A stretch of 64,000 bases of DNA from an uncultured candidatus Porisulfidus sp. (lineage in GTDB: Bacteria; Pseudomonadota; Gammaproteobacteria; Poriferisulfidales; Poriferisulfidaceae), in assembly GCA_965221375.1 (NCBI GenBank), contig OZ244883.1:64071-128070 (forward strand), in the 5' to 3' direction. Below, one piece after another: positions 1 through 8,833 of this stretch (positions are counted from its first letter, which is position 1; every line of letters begins with the position of its first letter). Under the pieces are notes generated by a model. It had not been told where the DNA came from, searched no databases, and saw only the letters and a program-made list of their open reading frames with translations. The position numbers were made by a program, and so were the translations under genes.

Positions 1-306
1 CAGCCCATCCAAGACTTCACGAATTCTCGCGAACGGCGCTCCCAGTGGCAGCAAGCCTTCCGGTTCCCCGTCCTCGAACGTGCCCGGAGGCACATAAACG
101 CCGCCTCCATTCTCGATTGAGAAAGGGGCATGGACACCCAAGTCTTCCCCCAGTTTCCGAACTTCCTCCTCGGTTTTGCTGGTGTTGAAAATGATCGGCA
201 CTCCGCAGGCGCGTGCTCTTTCAATGCCGGGGATCGCCTCATCCCAGCGGTAGGTTTCGACATCCAGCATCGTGCCGTCGACATCGCTAAACAGCAAGTA
301 GCGCAT
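1..306 (-). CDS. HAD-IIB family hydrolase (mannosyl/glucosyl-3-phosphoglycerate phosphatase or YedP-like), N-terminal part; gene continues beyond the window edge
   Basis: Reverse-strand translation from the ATG at 306 reads MRYLLFSDVDGTMLDVETYRWDEAIPGIERARACGVPIIFNTSKTEEEV..., which carries the HAD motif I (DxDGT). Its start codon overlaps the pgi stop (TAATG). It is absent from the ORF track because it has no stop inside the window. Confidence 0.5.
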   Translation of the reverse strand, partial: MRYLLFSDVDGTMLDVETYRWDEAIPGIERARACGVPIIFNTSKTEEEVRKLGEDLGVHAPFSIENGGGVYVPPGTFEDGEPEGLLPLGAPFARIREVLDGL

Positions 307-1859
307 TACGATGTCCGCAGGCGCTTGATTACATGTTGCAGAGTATGGCCCGGCACCGGGGCCTGAGAGTCCTGCAGCGCATTCGTCAGGGCCTGCGACA
401 GGCGTTTGCCGTATTCGACCCCGAACTGATCAAAGGCGTTGATGCCCCACAGCACGGCAGCCGAAAATGTCGCATGCTCGAATAAAGCCAGCAATGACCC
501 CAGACAGCGGGGGCTTAAATCTTTCAATAAAAATAAAGTACTAGGACGATTCCCCGGATGTACGTAATGCCCGGCTGCAACCCCGGCAGCAGGCTCCACC
601 TCCTCCGCTTGTCGCCCGGCCGCAAGCAAGTCCAGTTGCGCCAGGCATTGCGCCAGCAACGCCCGACGACGGGGATCTTGACGGTCTTCAAGCGCGATGA
701 GCGCATCCACAGGCACATTCTGGGTCCCCTGATGCAGCAGTTGGAAAAAGGCGTGCGCGCCATCGTTGGCAGAGCCGCCCCAGACCACCGGCGCCGCCAC
801 CTCTTTGGGATTGCCATCCAGACCGACCTGCTTGCCCAAACTCTCCATCTGCAGCTGCTGCAGAAAGCGGGGCAACGTGCGCAACCCATAGTCATACGGA
901 AGCACTGCACGGGTAGGCGCACCCAGCAGGGCATGGTTCCATAGCATCAGCAACGCCTGCATGATCGGCAAATTAGCCGATGCCGGCGCTTCACAAAAAT
1001 GCCGATCCATCGCATGGGCGCCTTCGAGCAATTGCGCAAACGCCTCCCAACCGGCGTGCAGGGCGACGGGCAGGCCGACGCTGGACCATACCGAATAGCG
1101 TCCCCCCACCCAAACCCAGAACGGGAAAATCCGCGACGAAGCGATGCCCGCTTCCTCGGCACGTTCTGCGGCAGCGGTCGTCGCCACAAAATGCTCCATA
1201 ATCGACGTGACTCCCTGGGCTTTCAGCCAGGCTTGCGCGGCCGTGAAGTTGCGCTGGGTCTCTTCCGTCGTGAATGTTTTTGAGGCGATGATGAACAGAG
1301 TTTGATCTGCATCGCAACCGCGCAAGGCCGTCTGCAACTCGGCCGGGTCCAAGGTAGATGCAAACCGCACTTCGGGCGCTCCCGGTGCAGCCGGCAATGC
1401 CTGGCACAGCATTCTCGGCCCCAAATCCGAACCGCCAATGCCCAGGTTGATGACCGTGCGCCAGGATTCGGTCGCCTCTTTCACAAAGGACTGCATGCGT
1501 TGGCGCTGGGCATGCACTTCGCTGAGAACATCGCTCCCGTCCACGACCAAACCTTCAGGACGCGGATCACGTAACGCCGGATGCAAGGCGGGGCGCTGTT
1601 CGGTGACGTTGACACAGTCTCCCGCAAACAGACGGTCTCGTTGATGCTCCACCTCTTGGGCCAATCCCAACGAGGCTTCCCAGGCTTCAGCATCCACCCG
1701 CTGGCGCGAGGCATCCCAGTAGAGACCTTCGAATTCGTGGCACAGAAAACTGCGCTCGGAATCTTGGGCAAACAATGCGCGCAGCGAGGTCTGCCGCAGA
1801 CGCTCGGCGTGGGGACCCAATGCGTCAAAGGCCAAAGAAGACATGCTCAAGTCCAGCAA
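306..1859 (-). CDS. pgi: glucose-6-phosphate isomerase
   Basis: 517 aa ORF with full-length similarity to bacterial Pgi; follows the pan genes as in the Pseudomonas-type gene order. Confidence 0.9.
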   Translation of the reverse strand: MLDLSMSSLAFDALGPHAERLRQTSLRALFAQDSERSFLCHEFEGLYWDASRQRVDAEAWEASLGLAQEVEHQRDRLFAGDCVNVTEQRPALHPALRDPRPEGLVVDGSDVLSEVHAQRQRMQSFVKEATESWRTVINLGIGGSDLGPRMLCQALPAAPGAPEVRFASTLDPAELQTALRGCDADQTLFIIASKTFTTEETQRNFTAAQAWLKAQGVTSIMEHFVATTAAAERAEEAGIASSRIFPFWVWVGGRYSVWSSVGLPVALHAGWEAFAQLLEGAHAMDRHFCEAPASANLPIMQALLMLWNHALLGAPTRAVLPYDYGLRTLPRFLQQLQMESLGKQVGLDGNPKEVAAPVVWGGSANDGAHAFFQLLHQGTQNVPVDALIALEDRQDPRRRALLAQCLAQLDLLAAGRQAEEVEPAAGVAAGHYVHPGNRPSTLFLLKDLSPRCLGSLLALFEHATFSAAVLWGINAFDQFGVEYGKRLSQALTNALQDSQAPVPGHTLQHVIKRLRTS

Positions 1860-1920
1860 TCAATGAACAGGACGGCAAACTCGTCCAAAAAAAATGTTCG
1901 CGCCATCCGCGCGATTGCGA

Positions 1921-2301
1921 TCAGGCCGCCTGTACAGGAATATGGTTGGCGATGCGCTCGATGCGGTTGTCCGAATCCAGATACAGAAGCGTGGGTTTGA
2001 AGTTGGCGATTTCCTGCGGCTCCAACTCGGTGTAGGCAGCAATAATCACGCAGTCACCCGGCGCCGCTTTGTGCGCCGCCGCGCCGTTGACCGACACAAT
2101 GCGACTGCCACGCTCGGCCTCAATGGCGTAGGTGGTGAACCGCTCGCCATTGGTGATGTTGTAGAGATCGATCTGCTCGTATTCGCAGATGCCGGCCGCC
2201 CGGAGCAAATCGCCGTCGATGGCGCACGATCCGTCGTAATCGGGCTCCACATGCGTCACTCGTGCACGATGCAGACGTGCCCGCAAAAACATCCTTTTCA
2301 T
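1921..2301 (-). CDS. panD: aspartate 1-decarboxylase
   Basis: Contains ...[24 protein letters not shown]...[23 protein letters not shown], the PanD proprotein pattern with the GS cleavage site. Start chosen at MKRMF (2301); the ATG at 2292 (MFLRARL) is an alternative. Confidence 0.85.
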   Translation of the reverse strand: MKRMFLRARLHRARVTHVEPDYDGSCAIDGDLLRAAGICEYEQIDLYNITNGERFTTYAIEAERGSRIVSVNGAAAHKAAPGDCVIIAAYTELEPQEIANFKPTLLYLDSDNRIERIANHIPVQAA

Positions 2302-2321
2302 GCCGGCGATTTTACCAAACC

Positions 2322-3158
2322 TCAACGCTGCGCCGGCAGATAATCAAGCAGCCGTACACTCCCCAAACGGGCTGCCGCCACCGCGGCGAATTCGGTGTCC
2401 GTATCCTGCGAAGGCGCCCACGTGTCGGGATGCCGAAACGCCACATAATCGGGTGCCAATCCGCTCTGCTCCAACATGGCATAAGCCTGAGCCTGCACCT
2501 GGGCAACGGACGCCCCCTCCTGCACAGACGCAACCGCTTCCTGCAGCGCTTGGTATAAACCGACTGCCTGCAATCGATTCTCGGGCGCCAGTCGACGATT
2601 GCGCGAACTCAGGGCCAGGCCGTCCGGCTCCCGCACCACCGGCCCCGCCACAATCTGCACAGGCGTGGGTTGCATGTTTGCCAAACGTCGCACCAGTACC
2701 AACTGCTGATAATCTTTCTCGCCGAAGACCGCCGTGGTCGGGAGGGTTTGCTCGAACAAACGCTGCACCACTGCGGCCACCGCGCACAGATGCCCGGGCC
2801 GATACTGACCTTCCAAAACATCCGTCAAGCCCGGCACTGCGAAATCCTCCAGATCAGGCTCCGCATCCCCCCAGACCGCCATCTCATCCGGCACATACAC
2901 CACATCCGCTCCCGCTTCGCGGAGCAATTCCAGATCACTTTGCAGTTCACGCGGATAGGCGTCGAAATCCTGCGACTCGTCAAACTGCAGGCGGTTGACA
3001 AAAATCGTCGCGACAATCGTGCCCGCCCGCTGACGCGCCAGCGCCATCAGACTCAAATGACCGTCATGCAGCCCGCCCATGGTGGGCACCAGCGTTCGCG
3101 CCTGCGGCAAAGTCTGCAGTGCCGCGGTCAACTCCGAAGCCGTCGTGCAAACAATCAC
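2322..3158 (-). CDS. panC: pantoate--beta-alanine ligase
   Basis: 278 aa with [14 protein letters not shown] (the HxGH motif) and PanC-like overall similarity. Confidence 0.9.
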   Translation of the reverse strand: MIVCTTASELTAALQTLPQARTLVPTMGGLHDGHLSLMALARQRAGTIVATIFVNRLQFDESQDFDAYPRELQSDLELLREAGADVVYVPDEMAVWGDAEPDLEDFAVPGLTDVLEGQYRPGHLCAVAAVVQRLFEQTLPTTAVFGEKDYQQLVLVRRLANMQPTPVQIVAGPVVREPDGLALSSRNRRLAPENRLQAVGLYQALQEAVASVQEGASVAQVQAQAYAMLEQSGLAPDYVAFRHPDTWAPSQDTDTEFAAVAAARLGSVRLLDYLPAQR

Positions 3159-3934
3159 GAGGGAAAGCGGCCCGCACGAACCGCCTCGACATAGGCGCGC
3201 ACGGCCCCCTCGAGGGTCCCCCCTTCCGGCATGAAGTTGTGGGCATGTCTCGGCATGCGCTCGGTCAAACCCAGAATGTCATACAGCACCAAAATCTGGC
3301 CGCTGCAGTCGGGGCCCGAACCGATTCCGATTACCGGAATCTCGGCCTGTTTGGTTATTCTGAAGGCAACCGACGGAACCACACACTCCAGCAGCAGCAT
3401 TTGTGCTCCGGCCTGCTGCAGTTCGTGGGCGGCGGTGCGCAGTTCTTCCGCCTCTTCCTCGCGCCCGTGCATACGCGCATCCCCGGGACGTTTCAAGGTT
3501 TGCGGACGCAGTCCCAAGTGGGCGCACACCGGCACCCCCTGATCGGCCAGGGCCTGCACAATTTCCACCTGATCCAGCGAGGCTTCCAGTTTGACCATGC
3601 AGGCGCCTGCCTGCAGCAAGCGCGCCGCGTTCATCTTGGCGGTGGTGGTATCGCGACAACTCATAAACGGCATGTCGCTGATCAGATACGCCCGCTGTAC
3701 CCCTCGCGCCGCACAGCGCGTGTGGTATTCCATCGCCTCCATCGTCACCCGCTGAGTACTGTCAAAACCTTGAATGGTCATGCCCAACGAGTCTCCTACC
3801 AGCAGGAAATCCACCTCGCAACGGTCCAGCAGACGCGCAAACGAGGCGTCATAGACGGTCAGGCCTGCAAGTTTTCGCTGTTCCGCAGCCTGTGCAAGGT
3901 CCCGCAAACCAAGGGCAGACGAGGGCATGTCCAT
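3155..3934 (-). CDS. panB: 3-methyl-2-oxobutanoate hydroxymethyltransferase
   Basis: 259 aa PanB-like (VYDASFARLLDRCEVDFLLVGDSLGM). Its stop overlaps the panC start by 4 nt. Confidence 0.9.
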   Translation of the reverse strand: MDMPSSALGLRDLAQAAEQRKLAGLTVYDASFARLLDRCEVDFLLVGDSLGMTIQGFDSTQRVTMEAMEYHTRCAARGVQRAYLISDMPFMSCRDTTTAKMNAARLLQAGACMVKLEASLDQVEIVQALADQGVPVCAHLGLRPQTLKRPGDARMHGREEEAEELRTAAHELQQAGAQMLLLECVVPSVAFRITKQAEIPVIGIGSGPDCSGQILVLYDILGLTERMPRHAHNFMPEGGTLEGAVRAYVEAVRAGRFPS

Positions 3935-3937
3935 TAT

Positions 3938-5137
3938 TCAACCCGTCGCCGTCAAAGGCGACACATCCGGCATGGAGGACGACATTTTCCACAACGACCG
4001 GTCCTCACGGGAAGGATCCAGAAAATATTGCTCCGAAGGCTCCACCTGCTCCAGCGCCCGCAACAGGCTGCGGTAATGTTGCGGGTTCAGGGCAAGATTG
4101 GTGTGCGTGGTGTCCACCGTCAACAAGGTTCCCGCGTACGAGTGGAAATAGTCCCGCATCAAAGTCGACAGGCGCTCCAAAAATTCCGGCTGCACGCTTC
4201 GTTCATACGATCGGTTGCGCGCCGAGATACGCTCCATCAGTGTCGGCACCGGCGCCTGCAGATAAATCACCAGGTCCGGACGCGGCAGTCCGGATAGCAT
4301 GTGGGCATACAGATTCAACCACAAGTCGTATTCATCGGCACGCAATGCCAATTGCGAAAACCAGTCGCTTTTCTCCGGCATGAAATCCGAAAACACCCGT
4401 TGTCGAAACAGGCGGTCGTGATCCAGTTGCCGCAGTTGCTCCGTGCGGCTGGTCAGGAAATGCAGCTGCACCGCCAGCGCACTTTCATCCGGAAATTTAA
4501 AGAATCGTTCCAAAAAGGGATTGTCACGATATTTCTCCAACATCAGCTGACCGTCGAACTCGCCCGCCAGACGATTGCACAGAGTCGTCTTGCCCACCCC
4601 CATCGGCCCTTCCACCACCACGAATTGGATCTCGTCCGGCAAGCGGCAACAGGAGTCGATCCGCTCCACATGAGCGTATTTGCACTGCTGCAGTAACTGC
4701 CCGACCGAACCATGCCCTGGCACCTCCAGTCCCACATCCAACTCCTGCAGAGGCGCCAGCACGAAGGCCCGCTCGTGGGCGCCCGGATGCGGCAACGTCA
4801 GACGGTCGTCGGCACGTTGCTCCTGGCCCCACAGCAACAAATCCAGATCCAATGTGCGCGAGGCCCAGTGTTCGTGTTCTTCTTCCCGGCCATGCGCCCG
4901 TTCGATTTCCTGCATTGCGTCCAGCAACTGCTCCGGACTCAGCTCGGTCTCCACCTGCACCACGGCGTTGATGTAATCCGGCTGCACCCTATCTCCCATG
5001 GGCGGACTTTGATACAGACCGGAGACTGCACGCAGCCGCACTCCCGGCAGGGCCTCCAATTCGCGTACCGCCCCACGCACTTGTTGGACGGGGTCGTCCA
5101 GGTTGCTCCCCAGCCCGATGTAGATTCCTGTCTCCAC
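3938..5137 (-). CDS. folK: bifunctional fusion: 6-hydroxymethyl-7,8-dihydropterin pyrophosphokinase (HPPK) joined to a deoxynucleoside kinase domain
   Basis: The first ~160 aa are HPPK-like (IYIGLGSNLDDP...LPHPGAHERAFVLAPL). The second half has the P-loop VVVEGPMGVGKTTL and the dNK/dGK-type family pattern. It is one continuous ORF of 399 aa. Confidence 0.75.
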   Translation of the reverse strand: METGIYIGLGSNLDDPVQQVRGAVRELEALPGVRLRAVSGLYQSPPMGDRVQPDYINAVVQVETELSPEQLLDAMQEIERAHGREEEHEHWASRTLDLDLLLWGQEQRADDRLTLPHPGAHERAFVLAPLQELDVGLEVPGHGSVGQLLQQCKYAHVERIDSCCRLPDEIQFVVVEGPMGVGKTTLCNRLAGEFDGQLMLEKYRDNPFLERFFKFPDESALAVQLHFLTSRTEQLRQLDHDRLFRQRVFSDFMPEKSDWFSQLALRADEYDLWLNLYAHMLSGLPRPDLVIYLQAPVPTLMERISARNRSYERSVQPEFLERLSTLMRDYFHSYAGTLLTVDTTHTNLALNPQHYRSLLRALEQVEPSEQYFLDPSREDRSLWKMSSSMPDVSPLTATG

Positions 5138-5143
5138 TTCTCT

Positions 5144-6439
5144 TTATTTCCGGCGGTGATGATGCCGGCGTCGTCCGCGCGTCGGGGCGCGTTCTTCCTG
5201 GATTTTTGTCCACTCCCGATGGGCTTTTTCAAGCGCCGGCGTGGCTTGGGCCCGCAGTCCCAGAAAATCGTATGCTGCACGAAAACCGGCATGCGCCATC
5301 ACCCGTTCCGGATGATGGTGTGGCCCCTTCTCCAGCTGCGGCTGACGCATCCAGATCTGGCGAATCGCCTGCGCATGTCGAAAGGGAATGCTGATGGCCC
5401 GTGCCTGATATTGCAGGGCTCGCTCGCCACAAATTTCCAGCGCTTCGCGGGGAGAGAAATCATTCATCGACAATTCATTGGACAACGCACGCACATGCGG
5501 CCACAGCATGACGGCATAAGCAAATGCCGGCGACACCGGCAAGTCACGGTGCACCCGCTCATCGGTATTTTTCAACGCCGCCTCAATGAACTGCAAATCC
5601 TCGGGATGCTGTTGCTCCAGCACCTGGGCGGTTCGAGGAAACAGCGGCTCCAAAAGATTTTTTTCACACAGCGATTGAAACGTGCGCCACGCGGCGCCGT
5701 TGTGCAGCAATTTCGCAACCTCCATAAACATCCGGGACGGCGACACCGACTCCAGCAGTGTGGTCATTTCCGGAATCAGATGCTCCATTTCCGGATCCAT
5801 TGCGAAATCCAGTTTGGCCGCCAACCGCACGGCGCGTAGAAGACGCACCGGATCTTCCCGAAACCGCACCACCGGCTTGCCGATCATGCGCAACTGGCGT
5901 TGTTCCAAATCTTCCATTCCGCCCACAAAATCCAACAGCACGTCGCGCGTCGGATCGTAGAACAGGGAATTGACGGTAAAGTCGCGCCGCTCGGCATCAT
6001 GCTCAATGGTGCCGTAGGCATTGTCCCGCAAAATGCGTCCACTCACGGTCACCGCCAGCTGCTCGCGACCGGCCCGCGTATGTTCTCCTCCTCGAAACGT
6101 CGCCACTTCAATGCGGTCCCGATCGACCCACACATGAACCAATCGAAACCGCCGCCCGATGATGCGGCAGCGATCAAACAGTTCGCGTACCTGCTCCGGG
6201 CGTGCGTCGGTGGCGACATCGAAATCCTTGGGCTGCAGACCCAGCATCAAGTCGCGCACCCCACCCCCTACGATATAAGCGTCATAGCCACCCTCATGCA
6301 GGGTTTTGACCACCTTGCGAGCCGCCTTGGAGACCTGGCGGACGTCAATGCCGTGATGGGTGGCTTCAAAAATCTGCACGTCCTTGTGCGCATGCCGGTG
6401 GACCGCATGGGAAAGGCGCGTCAGCAGTTTTTCCGTCAT
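5144..6439 (-). CDS. pcnB: poly(A) polymerase I
   Basis: 431 aa with nucleotidyltransferase motifs (GGGVRDLMLGLQPKDFDVAT) and a basic C-terminal tail; lies next to folK as in other gammaproteobacteria. Confidence 0.85.
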   Translation of the reverse strand: MTEKLLTRLSHAVHRHAHKDVQIFEATHHGIDVRQVSKAARKVVKTLHEGGYDAYIVGGGVRDLMLGLQPKDFDVATDARPEQVRELFDRCRIIGRRFRLVHVWVDRDRIEVATFRGGEHTRAGREQLAVTVSGRILRDNAYGTIEHDAERRDFTVNSLFYDPTRDVLLDFVGGMEDLEQRQLRMIGKPVVRFREDPVRLLRAVRLAAKLDFAMDPEMEHLIPEMTTLLESVSPSRMFMEVAKLLHNGAAWRTFQSLCEKNLLEPLFPRTAQVLEQQHPEDLQFIEAALKNTDERVHRDLPVSPAFAYAVMLWPHVRALSNELSMNDFSPREALEICGERALQYQARAISIPFRHAQAIRQIWMRQPQLEKGPHHHPERVMAHAGFRAAYDFLGLRAQATPALEKAHREWTKIQEERAPTRGRRRHHHRRK

Positions 6440-6756
6440 GAAACTTGGCGATTAGAGAGTACGCACTGCGGCGTGGCTCGTCATTTTACTGGGCGCACTC
6501 ACCCTGCCTTCGAGAAGGTTCTGTGATTCCGTTCAGGAAACACTTCCGAAAAGACGGCCGGCTGTTGCCAGAGGATTCCGGGAAAACTGCTTGTGAAGGA
6601 GCCTTTTCGCATTCTGGATTGGGATGCCAGAATGCTGGATTATTTTTGGAATTTTAGAAATGATTGAATTTTATAGAAATTATTCACTCAAAACAAAGAA
6701 TCGGGGAAATTGGCAGTTGGCATTCTGTCATTTTTTTGTAATATAGCCGGAATAGG

Positions 6757-7569
6757 ATGCGCCTTGAAAACCTTGGTTTGAATATGGCGGGAAAATTTGT
6801 TTTTGAGATCGCTTCGCAACCCGAAGCCATCACCGAATGTCAGCGTTTGCGCTACCAGGTCTTTGCCCTGGAAATGGGCGCTTCTCTGGAGAGCGCAGCC
6901 GAGCAAATCGACGCAGACCCCTACGACCCCTTCTGTCGACACTTGATTGTGCGGGAAGCCTCCAGCGGCATGGTGGTGGCTTGTACCCGCGCGCTGTCCG
7001 ATGAAGATGCCCGGCAGGCCGGGGGCTTTTACACGCAGACGGAATTCCGGCTGGGCGGCCTGCGCGACCTGCCCGGGCGCAAACTGGAAATCGGGCGCAC
7101 TTGCGTGCATCCCGAGCACCGCGACGGCAGCGCCATTACCTGCCTGTGGCTGGGCCTGTCGGAGTTCATGCTCAGCCAACACTACGACTACCTGTTCGGG
7201 TGCGCCAGTGTCGACATGTCGGATGGCGGACGCCAGGCGCATGCAATCTATCGCAATGCCCAGGAACGCGAGCTGGTCAATCTTGACTTGGGAGTGCAAC
7301 CACGCATCCCGCTGCCGCAACCGAACCAGCCCAGCGAGATCAAGGCAGTGATTGACCTGTCCGAATCCGTGCGGGCCATTTTGCCGCCCTTGTTGAAAGC
7401 CTATCTGAATCTGGGGGCGGAGATTTGCGGCGAGCCCTGTTGGGACCGCCAGTTCAATGTGGCCGACATGCTGATTCTGGTGCGACGGGAGCGGATTGCA
7501 CCTCGTTATGTCCGCCGATTTTTGAAGAACGCCCCAAGCGCCCGTTCGCATCTGCCGCAAAATCGCTGA
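6757..7569 (+). CDS. GNAT-family N-acyltransferase, OlsB-like or hemolysin-like (ornithine/amino-acid lipid N-acyltransferase family)
   Basis: 270 aa with the OlsB-type family pattern (CQRLRYQVF...). It follows a 160-bp AT-rich promoter-like region. The start may instead be at M10. Confidence 0.55.
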   Translation: MRLENLGLNMAGKFVFEIASQPEAITECQRLRYQVFALEMGASLESAAEQIDADPYDPFCRHLIVREASSGMVVACTRALSDEDARQAGGFYTQTEFRLGGLRDLPGRKLEIGRTCVHPEHRDGSAITCLWLGLSEFMLSQHYDYLFGCASVDMSDGGRQAHAIYRNAQERELVNLDLGVQPRIPLPQPNQPSEIKAVIDLSESVRAILPPLLKAYLNLGAEICGEPCWDRQFNVADMLILVRRERIAPRYVRRFLKNAPSARSHLPQNR

Positions 7570-7709
7570 CCCGGCGACCGACACACCCAAGCCTTTTTAG
7601 GAGAGCGATTAAGTCGCCCTCTGGCAGCCTATTGAGAGCTTCAAAAACACCCTGCAGTACGGGGATGCTGTAAAATGAGGCTTGCTTTCCAACCCTGTGG
7701 AATCGCGGA

Positions 7710-8042
7710 ATGTTATTTTTCGGCAAAAAGAAAAAAGACTTCAAGTGCACCATCGCCAACACCGGCGAGACGTTTGAAGTACCGGGCAAGGTCAACCTGC
7801 TGCAGGCGGCGCTCAATGCCGGCATTAAATGGCCGTGCGATTGCAAAGTCGGCAGTTGCGGCACCTGCCGTTGTATTTTGAAGGAAGGCAAGGTGAAAGC
7901 CCTGCATGATTTCTCCTACGTATTGGACGGTGACATGCTCAAAGAAGGTTATATCCTGGCCTGCCAGTCGCAGCTTCGCTCGGATTTGGTGGTGGAAGTG
8001 GATTTCGAACAGGGTGCCCTGGAGAATCTGAAACTTACCTGA
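7710..8042 (+). CDS. [2Fe-2S] ferredoxin
   Basis: 110 aa with the 2Fe-2S cysteine spacing CDCKVGSCGTCRC ... C; reads as a plant-type or phenol-hydroxylase-type ferredoxin. Confidence 0.7.
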   Translation: MLFFGKKKKDFKCTIANTGETFEVPGKVNLLQAALNAGIKWPCDCKVGSCGTCRCILKEGKVKALHDFSYVLDGDMLKEGYILACQSQLRSDLVVEVDFEQGALENLKLT

Positions 8043-8084
8043 GCGGTAGCATCTTCCGGTGCTTTCCCATGTTGCACCCCCACA

Positions 8085-8303
8085 ATGATCGTCTGCTCTT
8101 GCGCATGCATCAGCGACCGGGAAGTACGCGAAGCAACACTTGCCACCCTCCGCGCCGGAAAGCGGCTGACAGTCGCCTCCGTCTACCGCCAACTGAACCG
8201 AAAAGCACGATGCGGGACTTGTCGGCCCCTGATTCTGCAGCTTATTAAACAGACCCGCGCCGACGACACTTCGCACAAGAAACCTGAGAGGCAAACTCCA
8301 TGA
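8085..8303 (+). CDS. bfd: bacterioferritin-associated ferredoxin
   Basis: 72 aa, [17 protein letters not shown]...CGTCRP, the BFD-like [2Fe-2S] domain; sits immediately upstream of bfr. Confidence 0.75.
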   Translation: MIVCSCACISDREVREATLATLRAGKRLTVASVYRQLNRKARCGTCRPLILQLIKQTRADDTSHKKPERQTP

Positions 8304-8779
8304 AAGGCGACGAAAAAGTCATTGACTACCTCAACCGGAGTCTCGCAAGCGAGTTGCGGGCTATTAATCAGTACTGGCTCCACTACCGACTGCTGGAAGA
8401 CTGGGGCTACCTCAAGCTTGCCGCCAAGGCCCGCGAGGAGTCGATGGGCGAGATGCAGCATGCCGACCAGTTTGTGCAGCGCATTCTGTTTTTAGGGGGA
8501 CATCCTAATCTGCAGACCTTGGACCCGCTGCGTATCGGCCAGAACATCCGCGAAGTGCTGGAATGTGATCTGGAAGCGGAACATGAGGCGCACGCCCTGT
8601 ACAAAGGCGGCCGCGACGCCTGCCACCAAGCTGGGGACTATGCCTCGATGCAGCTGTTCGAAACCCTGATTGCCGAAGAAGAACGGCATATTGATTTTCT
8701 GGAAACGCAGTTGCGGCTGATGGATGAGATCGGCGCCGAGCGCTACGGCCTGCTGCAGGCCGGCGGCGCAGACGACTGA
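8300..8779 (+). CDS. bfr: bacterioferritin
   Basis: 159 aa, [37 protein letters not shown]..., canonical Bfr including the Met52 heme ligand region. Confidence 0.9.
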   Translation: MKGDEKVIDYLNRSLASELRAINQYWLHYRLLEDWGYLKLAAKAREESMGEMQHADQFVQRILFLGGHPNLQTLDPLRIGQNIREVLECDLEAEHEAHALYKGGRDACHQAGDYASMQLFETLIAEEERHIDFLETQLRLMDEIGAERYGLLQAGGADD

Positions 8780-8833
8780 TACCAGAGGTTTTGCTCAAAC
8801 GCCGCAGACGCGGCATCTATTGTTCAGGTTGGA

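Noticed and set aside
130-366. 78-aa + strand ORF at the window start
   Set aside because: The opposite strand encodes a clear HAD-IIB hydrolase N-terminus that is translationally coupled to pgi.
3119-4297. 392-aa + strand ORF
   Set aside because: Antisense to panB and folK; Arg/His/Gln-rich shadow ORF composition.
4712-5839. 375-aa + strand ORF
   Set aside because: Antisense to the recognisable pcnB and folK-dNK genes. It has no homology and is a typical high-GC shadow ORF.
6688-7590. 300-aa - strand ORF
   Set aside because: Antisense to the OlsB-like acyltransferase, which shows a clear family pattern.
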